Counted from the stretch's first letter, positions 1 to 9,058 are shown. The stretch: DNA of 64,000 nucleotides from an uncultured Erythrobacter sp. (GCA_913055155.1 CAJXJR010000016.1:19003-83002); one strand, 5' to 3'. Made by a program: numbers and translations. Notes: generated by a model not told the origin, from the sequence alone.

Positions 1-170
1 GCGCCGGACTGGCCCAAAGCGGGACAGTCTGTTTGAGCAGCTGTGCCGTTAACGACTGGTTAGCCAATTCGGCGCACCCCGACCCTGTAGCTCCAAAAGC
101 CCGCTTTTCGCTCCGGCGAGACGGGCCGGAGCACACAGGACCGTAACCCCATGTCGAAGAGCAAGCACGC

Positions 171-530
171 ATGAGCAATGTCGATACCCGCCAGGTCGAT
201 CGCGACAGCCTTTTCCTTCTGGCGCAATTGCGCGTCGACGGGCGTGACGAGAATTACCGCGTGAAGGTGCGCAACCTTTCCGCTGGCGGGATGATGGCCG
301 AAGGCGACGTGAAGGTGATGCGCGGCGCGCTGGTGGAAGTGGAGCTGCGCAACCTCGGCTGGATCGAGGGCACCGTGGCGTGGAAGCAGGAAAACCGCTT
401 CGGCATTGCCTTCGTCGACGAGATCGACCCGAAACGCGCCCGCGCGCAGGTTACCGGCTCCACCGTGGCCCGCCATCCTGATGGCACGCCCGGTCACAGC
501 CAACCCGGCCAGCGCTTCCTCAAGCTGTAA
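171..530 (+). CDS. PilZ domain-containing protein (c-di-GMP receptor-like)
   Basis: 119-aa ORF with RxxxR (RQVDR) and (D/N)xSxxG (NLSAGG) motifs in the spacing typical of PilZ domains. Confidence 0.8.
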   Translation: MSNVDTRQVDRDSLFLLAQLRVDGRDENYRVKVRNLSAGGMMAEGDVKVMRGALVEVELRNLGWIEGTVAWKQENRFGIAFVDEIDPKRARAQVTGSTVARHPDGTPGHSQPGQRFLKL

Positions 531-578
531 CCTGACGGTTTGCGCGCTTGATGCAGGCGCCACCCCAGCCTATTCGCT

Positions 579-2066
579 GTGGGGATGATCGCACGCCGCC
601 TCCTTTGCCTTGTCGCCCTGTGCACCGGCCTTGCGGCTTGCGGGTCGAGTGACGAAGGCGCGCTGGGCGTCGCCCTGATCGGCAACGAAGACACCGTGCT
701 GACCAATGGCCTGCGCCTGTCCGGCCCGGCCCAGACCGTTCGCGCGGCGACGCAATCGGGTCTCGTCACGCTGGATATCCAGGGCGAAACCGTGCCTGCG
801 CTGGCAGAGCGCTGGATCGTGACCGAGGACGGGCTGAGCTTCATCTTCCGCCTGCGCGAAGGCACCTGGCCCAACGGCAGTGAGCTGACGGCTGCCACCG
901 CGCGCGATGCGTTGGTGCAGGCGATCGATGGCTTGCAAGGAACCTCGCTGGGGCAGGACCTTGCACCCATAGAGGAAGTGCGCGCCATGGCCGGGCGAGT
1001 GATCGAATTGCGCCTGTCCACGCCAGAGCCGTACCTGCTGCAACTGCTCGCCCAGCCCGAACTGGCCCTGCGCCAGCCTGGCGGCGAGACCGGGCCCATG
1101 GTGCTGGAACGCGAGGACGACGGCATTTTCCTGCGCTTCAAGCCGCCGCTGGAACGCGGGTTGCCCGATGACGAGGAGTGGCAGGAGGGCGTGCGCGAAA
1201 TCCAGCTGCACATCGCCCCTGCCGCCGAATCCATCGCCATGTTCGACGATGGCGTTGCCGAGGTCGTGATCGGCGGTACGCTGGGCAGTTTCCCGCTGGT
1301 GGAAACCGGGCCGCTGTCTTCGGGCACCTTGCGGCTGGATACGACCTTCGGCCTGTTCGGCCTGCAGGTGCGCAGCGAGGAGGGGCTGCTGTCCAACAGC
1401 GGCGTGCGCGAAGGGGTGGCCATGGCCATCGATCGCGGTGCCTTGATGGAGCGCTACAACATCAGCGGCTGGGTTCCTACCACGCGCCCGGTCTCACCGG
1501 GCTTGCCGGGCGATCCCGGCCTGCTGCGCGAACGCTGGCAGGACGATCCCATCGAGGACCTGCGCGCCGAAGCGCGCGCCCGCATTACCGCCTGGCGCGA
1601 GCAATTCGACGAAGGCGACCTTACGCAGCCGGCCGTTGTAGCCATCGCCCTGCCAGAGGCGCCCGGCTGGAACCTGTTCTATCGTGACCTTTCGGAACAG
1701 CTTGCCACCATCGGCCTTCAACTGGACCGCGCAGAGGATGCGCGCACGGCAGACCTGGTGCTGGTCGACCGCGTGGCGCGCTATCCTTCGCCGCGCTGGT
1801 TCCTCAACCAGTTCCATTGCGCGCTGGAACGCGGGCTGTGCGCGGAAGATGTCGATGCGCTGGTGCAGCAGGCTCTGGGCGAAACCAACCCCGCCCTGCG
1901 CGCCCGCATGATGGCGCAGGCAGAGGCGCAATTGACGCTGGCGAATGTCTATATCCCCATCGGCGCGCCGCTGCGCTGGTCGCTGGTGCGTGGCAGCGTG
2001 GATGCCTTCGTCGCCAACCCCTACGCCTTCCATCCCTTGCCGGAGATGGCGCAAATACCCAGATAA
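579..2066 (+). CDS. ABC transporter substrate-binding protein, family 5 (peptide/nickel type), lipoprotein
   Basis: 495-aa ORF with an N-terminal lipobox (LAACGS) and overall SBP_bac_5-like sequence. GTG at 579 or ATG at 585 could be the start. No permease or ATPase gene is adjacent. Confidence 0.7.
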   Translation: MGMIARRLLCLVALCTGLAACGSSDEGALGVALIGNEDTVLTNGLRLSGPAQTVRAATQSGLVTLDIQGETVPALAERWIVTEDGLSFIFRLREGTWPNGSELTAATARDALVQAIDGLQGTSLGQDLAPIEEVRAMAGRVIELRLSTPEPYLLQLLAQPELALRQPGGETGPMVLEREDDGIFLRFKPPLERGLPDDEEWQEGVREIQLHIAPAAESIAMFDDGVAEVVIGGTLGSFPLVETGPLSSGTLRLDTTFGLFGLQVRSEEGLLSNSGVREGVAMAIDRGALMERYNISGWVPTTRPVSPGLPGDPGLLRERWQDDPIEDLRAEARARITAWREQFDEGDLTQPAVVAIALPEAPGWNLFYRDLSEQLATIGLQLDRAEDARTADLVLVDRVARYPSPRWFLNQFHCALERGLCAEDVDALVQQALGETNPALRARMMAQAEAQLTLANVYIPIGAPLRWSLVRGSVDAFVANPYAFHPLPEMAQIPR

Positions 2067-2087
2067 AGGGCAAGGAGACCCTGGTTC

Positions 2088-2513
2088 ATGGTTGAAACCG
2101 CACAGAAACCGCGCCCGATGACGATCACCGAAGACTTGCCGCTGGGCAAGGACCCGGTCTCGATCCGCCGCCGGATCGAGGCAATGGAAATGGTGCTGGA
2201 GCGCAGTTTCACGATCCCCGGCATCAACCGCCCGGTGGGGCTGGATGCGATCATCGGGCTGGTGCCGGTGGTAGGCGATATCATCGCCATGGGCATGGGC
2301 GCCTATATCGTGTGGGAAGCCCGCAACCTCGACATGCCCAAGTGGAAGCTGCTGCACATGGCCGGCAACGTCGCCTTCGACAGTGCGGTGGGCGCTGTGC
2401 CGATGGTGGGCGACGTGTTCGACTTCCTGTTCCGCTCCAACACCCGCAACCTGCGCATCGTGAAGAAGCACCTCGACAAGCATCACCCCGGCTCGAAGGT
2501 GATCGAGCAGTAG
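2088..2513 (+). CDS. DUF4112 domain-containing membrane protein
   Basis: 141-aa ORF. The segment GLDAIIGLVPVVGDIIAMGMGAYIV...AVPMVGDVFDFLFRSNTRN is characteristic of DUF4112. Confidence 0.75.
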   Translation: MVETAQKPRPMTITEDLPLGKDPVSIRRRIEAMEMVLERSFTIPGINRPVGLDAIIGLVPVVGDIIAMGMGAYIVWEARNLDMPKWKLLHMAGNVAFDSAVGAVPMVGDVFDFLFRSNTRNLRIVKKHLDKHHPGSKVIEQ

Positions 2514-2561
2514 TTTTCCCGGTAGTTTCTTTTGCGACCGCTTTGGCCTAGGCGAGGGTCC

Positions 2562-3356
2562 ATGGCCAAGCGCGACGTTACCTATTCATCCTATCTCGAT
2601 CTCGACCGGATCCTGTCGGCGCAGCATCCCGCTTCGCAGGCGCATGACGAATTCCTGTTCATCATCGTCCACCAGGCCAGCGAGCTGTGGCTGAAGCTGT
2701 GCCTGCACGAGCTGGAAGCCGCGCGCGAACTGGTGATTGCCGACGATCTGGATCCTGCCTTCAAGATGCTGGCGCGGGTGGCACAGGCGCAGCGACAGCT
2801 GATTTCCAGCTGGGACGTGCTGTCCACCATGACCCCGCACGACTATTCCCTGATTCGCCCCCACCTGGGCAATTCCAGCGGTTTCCAGTCGGCGCAGTAC
2901 CGGCTGATGGAATTCATCCTGGGCGGTCGCAATCCCGACATGGTGACGATGCACGAGGCGACGCCCGATGTCGCCGCAAAGTTGCGCGCCGAACTGGCGC
3001 GGCCTTCGCTTTATGGCGAGGTCCTGCGCCTGCTGCGGCGGCGCGGCTTTGCCATCCCGGCGGGCGTTGTCGACGGCGAACTCGACGGTCCGCACGCCTC
3101 CAGCCCGAAAGTGGTCGAGGCCTGGGCGCAGGTCTACCGCGACCCCAAGACGCATTGGGACCTCTATGAACTGGCGGAAAAACTGGTCGACCTCGAATAC
3201 CATTTCCAGCGCTGGCGTTTCGGGCATCTCAAGACAGTCGAGCGCATCATCGGCTTCAAGCGCGGCACCGGCGGGACGGCGGGCGTGCCTTACCTCGAAA
3301 GCGTGCTGAAGCAGGGCTTTTTCCCCGAACTGCTGGCAGTAAGGACCGAGCTGTGA
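2562..3356 (+). CDS. kynA: tryptophan 2,3-dioxygenase
   Basis: YSSYLDLDRILSAQHP...HDEFLFIIVHQASELWLKL is the TDO signature. ATG at 2562 is preceded by GAGGG. The track ORF starts 30 nt earlier at 2532. Confidence 0.9.
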   Translation: MAKRDVTYSSYLDLDRILSAQHPASQAHDEFLFIIVHQASELWLKLCLHELEAARELVIADDLDPAFKMLARVAQAQRQLISSWDVLSTMTPHDYSLIRPHLGNSSGFQSAQYRLMEFILGGRNPDMVTMHEATPDVAAKLRAELARPSLYGEVLRLLRRRGFAIPAGVVDGELDGPHASSPKVVEAWAQVYRDPKTHWDLYELAEKLVDLEYHFQRWRFGHLKTVERIIGFKRGTGGTAGVPYLESVLKQGFFPELLAVRTEL

Positions 3357-4579
3357 CGGATTGGCAAGCCGAAGCTGTACGGCTCGATGCCGCCGACCCG
3401 CTGGCGAAGTGGCGCGACGAGTTCCTGCTCGATGGCGAGCTCGCCTACCTCGACGGCAATTCGCTGGGGGCGCTGCCGAAAGCGACGCCGGCGCGGATTG
3501 CCGACGTGGTGGAGCGCGAATGGGGCGAGGGATTGATCGGCAGCTGGAACTCTGCCGGGTGGATCGACCTGCCGCGGGAACTGGGCGCGAAGATCGCTCC
3601 GCTGATCGGGGCCGGGCCGCGCGAAGTGGTTGTAGCAGACAGTGTTTCGGTCAACCTTTTCAAGCTGATAAGTGCGGCGCTGGCCCTGCGGCAAGGCCGC
3701 AAGGTGGTGCTGAGCGAGTCCGGCAATTTCCCCACCGATCTGTACATGATCGAAGGGCTGGAAGGGCAGGGCCTGGCCGAGCGGCGGCTGGCAGAACGAG
3801 GCGCGATCGCGGAGGCGCTGGACGATGATGTCGCGCTGCTGCTGCTGACCCACGTGCACTACAAGTCGGGCGAGATGTTCGACATGGCCCGCCTCACGAA
3901 AGCCGCCCACGATGCCGGCGCGCTGGTGCTGTGGGACCTTTCGCATTCGGCGGGCGCGGTGCCGGTGGACCTGAACGGCGCGGGTGCCGATTTCGCGGTC
4001 GGCTGCGGCTACAAGTACCTGAACGGCGGTCCGGGCGCGCCTGCTTTCGCTTACGTCGCTGAAAGGCACCTAGCGGCACTGAAGCAGCCGCTAAGCGGGT
4101 GGATGGGGCACAAGGCGCCGTTTGCCTTTTCCGACGACTACGAGCCTGCGCCGGGCGTCGAGAAACTGCTCTGCGGCACGCCGCCGATCCTGGGCATGCG
4201 CGCGCTGGAAGTGGGGGTGGACCTGGTTTCGGGCATCGGGATTCCGGCGCTGGTCGAAAAATCGCGCGCGCTTTCGGAATTCACCCGTGCCGCTATGGAA
4301 ACCCTCGTTCCCGAACTGCCGTGCATTTCGCCGGACGATTCCCGACAGCGCGGCAGCCAGCTCTCCTTCGCTCACGAAAACGCCTACGAACTGTGCCAGG
4401 CGCTGATTGCGCGGCACGTGGTGGGCGATTTCCGCGCGCCGGATATCCTGCGCTTCGGCTTCGCGCCGGCCTATGTCCGCTTTGCCGATTGCTGGCGCGC
4501 GGTCAGGGAGTTGCGCGACATTCTCGACAGCGGCGAATGGCGCAAACCCGAATATGCGACGCGCGCGGCGGTGACCTGA
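3353..4579 (+). CDS. kynU: kynureninase
   Basis: 408-aa ORF with kynureninase N-terminus (LDGNSLGALP), a PLP-enzyme core and the CGYKYLNGGPGAPAF motif. The GTG start overlaps the kynA stop (GTGA). Confidence 0.9.
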   Translation: MTDWQAEAVRLDAADPLAKWRDEFLLDGELAYLDGNSLGALPKATPARIADVVEREWGEGLIGSWNSAGWIDLPRELGAKIAPLIGAGPREVVVADSVSVNLFKLISAALALRQGRKVVLSESGNFPTDLYMIEGLEGQGLAERRLAERGAIAEALDDDVALLLLTHVHYKSGEMFDMARLTKAAHDAGALVLWDLSHSAGAVPVDLNGAGADFAVGCGYKYLNGGPGAPAFAYVAERHLAALKQPLSGWMGHKAPFAFSDDYEPAPGVEKLLCGTPPILGMRALEVGVDLVSGIGIPALVEKSRALSEFTRAAMETLVPELPCISPDDSRQRGSQLSFAHENAYELCQALIARHVVGDFRAPDILRFGFAPAYVRFADCWRAVRELRDILDSGEWRKPEYATRAAVT

Positions 4580-4591
4580 AGCGGAGCCGGC

Positions 4592-5452
4592 TCAGGCCTG
4601 CGCCGTCACCAGCCAGGTCATTGCCGGCATCGAGACGCCTTCGTCGGTGTGATACTGCGCGAACAGCGCCTCAAGGTCTGTCGCGACCTTGCGCTTGCCC
4701 TCTTCGCCTGCGGATTCCACCGCCTCGGCAAGGTTGAAGGCCGTCATGGCAAACTGCGCCGCCTGCGCGGGCGTGGCGCCGGGGCCGCCGACCAGCTGCG
4801 GGCCGTGCCACGGCTCTATCGTCACCTCGCGGTAACCGGCCTTTTCCAGGATCGCGCGGAAGCCATCGGGATCGGCAAAGCGGAACGGGCCGGGCGCGGT
4901 CGGATCGGGCTCGGGCTGTTCGACCACCGACGCGACGATTTCGCCCATCTTCAGCACCCACAGGTTTTCCGGCGGCGGACCCCAGACTGCGCAGCACAGG
5001 CGACCGCCCTTGTTGGCCTTGCACAGGTTGGCAAAGGCGGCATCGTTATCGCGGAAGAACATGATGCCGAAGCGCGAGAAGACGAGGTCGTAGCCGCCTT
5101 CCTCCAGCGCTTCGGTCTGGGCATCGGCGACCATCCACGAGACGTTGCCGAGCCCCGCAGCCTGGGCGCGCTTGCCCGCGTAGTCGATCAGCTGCGGCGA
5201 TATGTCGAGGCCGGTGACATGCCCGCCCGGCTGGACCGCCCGGGCCAGGTCCAGCGTGGTCGCCCCTCCGCCGCAGCCGATATCCAGTACGCGTTCGCCC
5301 GGCTGGGCTGCGGCCTTGGCCACGGCGGCTTCGCCAGCCGGTGCGATCATGCCTTCGAACTGGTCGAGATAGGCAAGCCAGCGCTCGCCCATTTCGCCGC
5401 TCCAGTCCTCGAAAGCGGGATCGTCTTGCATGGTCGTGGTGGTGTTGGACAT
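4592..5452 (-). CDS. class I SAM-dependent methyltransferase
   Basis: Motif I VLDIGCGGG, with the rest of the sequence following a Rossmann methyltransferase layout. ATG at 5452 has GAGAGG 9 nt upstream. The track ORF extends to 5497. Confidence 0.75.
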   Translation of the reverse strand: MSNTTTTMQDDPAFEDWSGEMGERWLAYLDQFEGMIAPAGEAAVAKAAAQPGERVLDIGCGGGATTLDLARAVQPGGHVTGLDISPQLIDYAGKRAQAAGLGNVSWMVADAQTEALEEGGYDLVFSRFGIMFFRDNDAAFANLCKANKGGRLCCAVWGPPPENLWVLKMGEIVASVVEQPEPDPTAPGPFRFADPDGFRAILEKAGYREVTIEPWHGPQLVGGPGATPAQAAQFAMTAFNLAEAVESAGEEGKRKVATDLEALFAQYHTDEGVSMPAMTWLVTAQA

Positions 5453-5539
5453 GTGGGTGAACCTCTCGCCGGATTGGTGGAATCGCGGGCGAGACATTGC
5501 CCGCCGGCGCGGCAGGCGTCCAGCCTTCGCAGGCTGTGC

Positions 5540-6148
5540 CTACTCTTCCAGCTCGATGTCCCAGTACAGCCAGTCGCGCCACGTCTCGTGCAGGTAGTTG
5601 GGCGGGAAGGCCTTGCCGTGCTGCTGCAATTGCCAGCTGGTCGGGCGGATCGGCTTTACCGAAAGCTGCATTCCCGCTTCTTTCGGCGTGCGCCCGCCCT
5701 TCTTCATGTTGCACGGTGCGCAGGCGGTGGCGATGTTTTCCCAGGTGGTCTTGCCGCCTTGCCTGCGCGGGATCACGTGGTCGTAGGTCAGGTGCTGCTG
5801 GCTGCCGCAGTACTGGCAGGAAAACTTGTCGCGCAGGAACAGGTTGAAGCGGGTAAAGGCCGGAAACTCGCTGGTCTTCACGTATTGCCGCAGCGCGATC
5901 ACGCTGGGCACCTTCATGTCGAGCGATTGAGAATGTACCGCGCGGTCGTAGCTCGCCACGATATCCACCCGTTCCAGGAAAACCGCCTTGATCGCGGTCT
6001 GCCAGGGCCACAGGCTGAGCGGATAGTAGGATAGCGGGGTGTAATCCGCATTGAGCACGAGCGCCGGACAGCTTTCCAGCGACCGGGTCGGGTCATCCTC
6101 CGCGCTCCGGAATTTCGCGGCCCGTTCGATCAGTTCGGCTTTGAACAC
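5540..6148 (-). CDS. HNH endonuclease
   Basis: HNH core CQYCG...LTYDHVIPRRQGGKTTWENIATACAPCNMKK. GTG at 6148 has AGGGAGG 9 nt upstream. The rest of track ORF 5540..7012 is antisense to gluQ. Confidence 0.8.
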   Translation of the reverse strand: MFKAELIERAAKFRSAEDDPTRSLESCPALVLNADYTPLSYYPLSLWPWQTAIKAVFLERVDIVASYDRAVHSQSLDMKVPSVIALRQYVKTSEFPAFTRFNLFLRDKFSCQYCGSQQHLTYDHVIPRRQGGKTTWENIATACAPCNMKKGGRTPKEAGMQLSVKPIRPTSWQLQQHGKAFPPNYLHETWRDWLYWDIELEE

Positions 6149-6271
6149 GGTTGGTGCCCTCCCTGATGCATGTGAAGATGCACTTGCACGGGAAAGGGTC
6201 AAGACTGTTACAGACAGGCTATCCACAGTGATATTCACACCCATCCTGCTAACAGGTGAGTCGAACCGCGC

Positions 6272-7129
6272 ATGATCGTTACCCGTTTCGCCCCCAGCCC
6301 GAACGGCCCGCTGCACCTTGGCCACGCCTGGTCGGCGATCGTCGCGCACGATCTTGCGCGAGAGGCTGGCGGACGTTTCCTGCTGCGGATCGAGGATATC
6401 GACGGCGCCCGTTCGCGCCCCGAACTGGCCGATGAATTCCGCCGCGACCTGGAATGGCTGGGGCTGGAATGGGAGGAAGTGCCGGCGCAGTCCACGCGCC
6501 TTGCGAGCTACGAAGCGGCGGCGCAGCGCCTCCTGGCCGAGGGCCTGCTCTATCCCTGCACCTGCACCCGCGCCGAGATCATGGCGCTGGAGCCGAAGAT
6601 CGGCCCCGAGGGCGCGATCTATCCCGGAACCTGCAGGAACTGGAGGGTCGATCCCGAAAAGCCGGCCGCGCTGCGGCTGGACATGCATGCGGCGATGGAA
6701 CGGGTCGGAAAGCTCACCTGGGAGGACGACGAGGCGGGCGTGCAAGTCGCCGATCCGCGCGAATTCGGCGACGTGGTATTGGTGCGCAAGGATGCGCCCG
6801 CCAGCTATCACCTGGCCGCCACGCTGGACGATGCCGCTGACGGCGTGACGCTGGTGACGCGCGGCACGGACCTGTTCTTCGCCAGCCACATCCATCGCCT
6901 GCTGCAGGCGATGCTGGGCCTGCCCGTGCCGCGCTGGCACCACCACCGCCTGCTGCTTGATCCCGATGGCAGGAAGCTGGCGAAAAGCCGCCAGTCGGGC
7001 GAGCTTGGCCATGGCCTGGCAGAGCGGCGGGCAGGCGGCGAAGACGGGCGTGCGCTTGCCGAAAGGCTACGCATGGGCCAAATGCCGGGTGGCATAACGC
7101 TCTCCCGCTTCCCACATGGTGCAGCATGA
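6272..7129 (+). CDS. gluQ: tRNA glutamyl-Q(34) synthetase
   Basis: 285-aa truncated GluRS-like protein with TRFAPSPNGPLHLGHAWSA (HIGH region) and no anticodon-binding domain. Confidence 0.9.
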   Translation: MIVTRFAPSPNGPLHLGHAWSAIVAHDLAREAGGRFLLRIEDIDGARSRPELADEFRRDLEWLGLEWEEVPAQSTRLASYEAAAQRLLAEGLLYPCTCTRAEIMALEPKIGPEGAIYPGTCRNWRVDPEKPAALRLDMHAAMERVGKLTWEDDEAGVQVADPREFGDVVLVRKDAPASYHLAATLDDAADGVTLVTRGTDLFFASHIHRLLQAMLGLPVPRWHHHRLLLDPDGRKLAKSRQSGELGHGLAERRAGGEDGRALAERLRMGQMPGGITLSRFPHGAA

Positions 7130-7353
7130 ATACATTTCTCGTCATCCTACTCGTCATTTTCGCCATCATGGCTGTCGTTTCGCTGGTCCGCGGCATCGTG
7201 GCCTTCCTGCAGACGACCAAGATCGATCTGGAAAGCGGCGGAGAGAATTCGAAACACCTGATGGAAGTGCAGAACAAGGCCATGTTCTCGCGCATCAAGT
7301 ACCAGGCATTGGCTATCGTCGTGGTGGCCGTGTTGCTGGCGATCAATAGTTAG
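7126..7353 (+). CDS. twin transmembrane helix small protein (HIG1-like)
   Basis: 75-aa ORF with two hydrophobic helices flanking a charged loop. The ATG overlaps the gluQ stop (ATGA). Confidence 0.7.
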   Translation: MNTFLVILLVIFAIMAVVSLVRGIVAFLQTTKIDLESGGENSKHLMEVQNKAMFSRIKYQALAIVVVAVLLAINS

Positions 7354-7363
7354 GTGAGGCTTG

Positions 7364-7485
7364 CTTGTTTTTCGCACCTGCCTCCGCAGGTGCGTCCTCG
7401 CTAGACGCGCTCCCGCCGGATCAAGTCCGGGGTCCGCGCCCGCTGCGGGCAGCCGTTCGGCCTTGCGGTCCGCTAGTCGCGAACC
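7364..7485 (+). repeat. Structured intergenic repeat, copy A (partner at 57441-57548)
   Basis: Shares the blocks cttgtttttcgc, gcctccgc, tcctcgctagacgcgc, gcgcccgctgcgggc, gcc(c)ttgcggtc, gctagtcgc and aacc with copy B. Hairpin GCACCTGC-ctcc-GCAGGTGC lies at 7374-7393. Confidence 0.8.
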
Positions 7486-7644
7486 GTTACCCGCGTTTTC
7501 ATGCGAGATTGGCGAAAGTCTCGGTCGCGACCAGCGACCGACAGCCCGCGACCGCGGGTCGGCCGGTAGGCCGGAAGCCAAGCCGCGCGGACGCGCTGCG
7601 CCCGGCGCTTGAGGGAACAAACAAATAATGCAAAGCCAGCACCC

Positions 7645-8211
7645 GTGGTAAAGTTGAATCGCATTTACACTCGCACCGGGGATGACGGCACCACCGGGCT
7701 GGTCGATGGCTCGCGCCTGCCAAAGCATGCACTGCGCATGCAGGCGGTGGGGGACGTGGACGAGGCGAACGCCGCGCTCGGCTCTGCGGCCGTGGTGGCG
7801 GAGGACTTTCTCCACGCCGACCTGGTGCGCTTCCAGAACGACCTGTTCGACCTGGGTGCAGACCTGGCCACTCCCGGTGAGCACTTCGAACCGTCCGACA
7901 TGGTCTTGCGCGTGGTGCCTTCGCAGGTTGCGCACGTGGAGGCTCGCATCGACGCGCTGAACGAGGCGCTCGAACCGCTCTCCAGCTTCGTGCTGCCGGG
8001 CGGCAGCGAACTGGCCGCGCGGCTGCACCTGGCGCGGACCGTGGCACGCCGGGCCGAACGGCGGATGACCGCGCTGGCAGAGGCGGACGCGGTCAACCCG
8101 TCCGCACTCGCATTCATCAATCGCCTGTCGGACTATCTGTTCGTCGCCGCGCGCGTCGCCAATGACGGCGGGAAGTGTGATGTGACCTGGGTGCCCGGCG
8201 CCAACCGCTAG
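7645..8211 (+). CDS. ATP:cob(I)alamin adenosyltransferase, PduO type
   Basis: VKLNRIYTRTGDDGTTGL is the canonical N-terminus of this family, so GTG at 7645 is the likely start. The track ORF starts at TTG 7609. Confidence 0.85.
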   Translation: MVKLNRIYTRTGDDGTTGLVDGSRLPKHALRMQAVGDVDEANAALGSAAVVAEDFLHADLVRFQNDLFDLGADLATPGEHFEPSDMVLRVVPSQVAHVEARIDALNEALEPLSSFVLPGGSELAARLHLARTVARRAERRMTALAEADAVNPSALAFINRLSDYLFVAARVANDGGKCDVTWVPGANR

Positions 8212-8276
8212 ACTGGTCGCCGGATTCGGAACCCGCCCCCTTTGCCAGCCGTTGGAACGGCAAAGGAGATTTTCAG

Positions 8277-8618
8277 ATGACCAACCGGAAGCCCGCCGCC
8301 AAGGAACAGCGCATGGCCGACCTTGCGCCCGAAATGCACAACGACGAACAGGACGATCATCGCATGCAGGCGCAGGAAGTGTCGGAGGAGGCGCGCCGCA
8401 CCACGGTGACTACGCGCATGCCGACCGAAAGCGAGAAGGGCCCGAACGGGACCGGCATTTTCGGCAATCCCACGCAGGATACGATCGACCGCATGCGCGA
8501 CATGGAAAGTTCGGGGCGCATCGACATGGATGCCTATGCCGGCGAGCCTAACCTCGACGATAACGAGGGCAAGTATGGCAAGGCCAACAAGGTCGATCCG
8601 GGCTTGCCTTCGGATTGA
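8277..8618 (+). CDS. hypothetical acidic protein
   Basis: 113-aa ORF with a good SD (AAGGAG 8 nt upstream). The protein is charged and low in hydrophobic residues, and I recognise no family. Confidence 0.55.
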   Translation: MTNRKPAAKEQRMADLAPEMHNDEQDDHRMQAQEVSEEARRTTVTTRMPTESEKGPNGTGIFGNPTQDTIDRMRDMESSGRIDMDAYAGEPNLDDNEGKYGKANKVDPGLPSD

Positions 8619-8656
8619 GCGCTAGCCGCTGGCCGGATTGAGCGCTAGCCGCTGGC
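8611..8656. repeat. Perfect 23-bp tandem duplication (2 units)
   Basis: cggattgagcgctagccgctggc occurs at 8611-8633 and again at 8634-8656. Confidence 0.95.
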
Positions 8657-9058
8657 GATGCTGCCGTCGTTGAGGATCCAGAGGCCCGCAGTCAGCATGA
8701 CTGCGCCGAAGGCAACGCAGTAAGACAGCAGCCGGAAGTTGGGCGGCCTGGTGCCCTGCAATTCGTGCGCGTGCAGTCTCGACAGCGTTTTATCGGCACG
8801 CCGCGCGGCTGCCAGCGCCAGCCATCCGCCAGCCAGGATGAACACCGTCGCAATCGCCCGTGCCAGCCACGGCGGTTCGAAATCGCCGAACACGGCGCGA
8901 AAGCCCAGCCCGATGCCGATTGCGGCAAAAGCGGTGCGAATCCACCCGGCATAGGTCCGCTCCATCGCCATGATGGTGCGGTCTTCTGCCAGGTCGGTGC
9001 GGAATTCCGCCCAGTGCGTGGACTGGTCTTCATGTTCCGGAGGGTCGTCTTGCGCCAT
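8645..9058 (-). CDS. DUF202 (YidH-like) membrane protein
   Basis: FRTDLAEDRTIMAMERTYAGWIRTAFAAIGIGLGF is typical of DUF202, and three TM segments are present. Confidence 0.75.
   Translation of the reverse strand: MAQDDPPEHEDQSTHWAEFRTDLAEDRTIMAMERTYAGWIRTAFAAIGIGLGFRAVFGDFEPPWLARAIATVFILAGGWLALAAARRADKTLSRLHAHELQGTRPPNFRLLSYCVAFGAVMLTAGLWILNDGSIASG

Noticed and set aside
6149-7012. Upstream 288 codons of track ORF 5540..7012 (490 aa)
   Set aside because: Only the 3' 609 nt (HNH endonuclease, GTG 6148 with AGGGAGG SD) looks real. The remainder is antisense to the well-supported gluQ gene and has an Arg/Ala/Gly-rich shadow-ORF composition.
7490-7608. Possible cobalamin riboswitch upstream of the cob(I)alamin adenosyltransferase
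   Set aside because: I could not find a B12-box-like element or the conserved GGGAA/GGTG.AA.TCC core. The hairpins present look like part of, or an extension of, the intergenic repeat.
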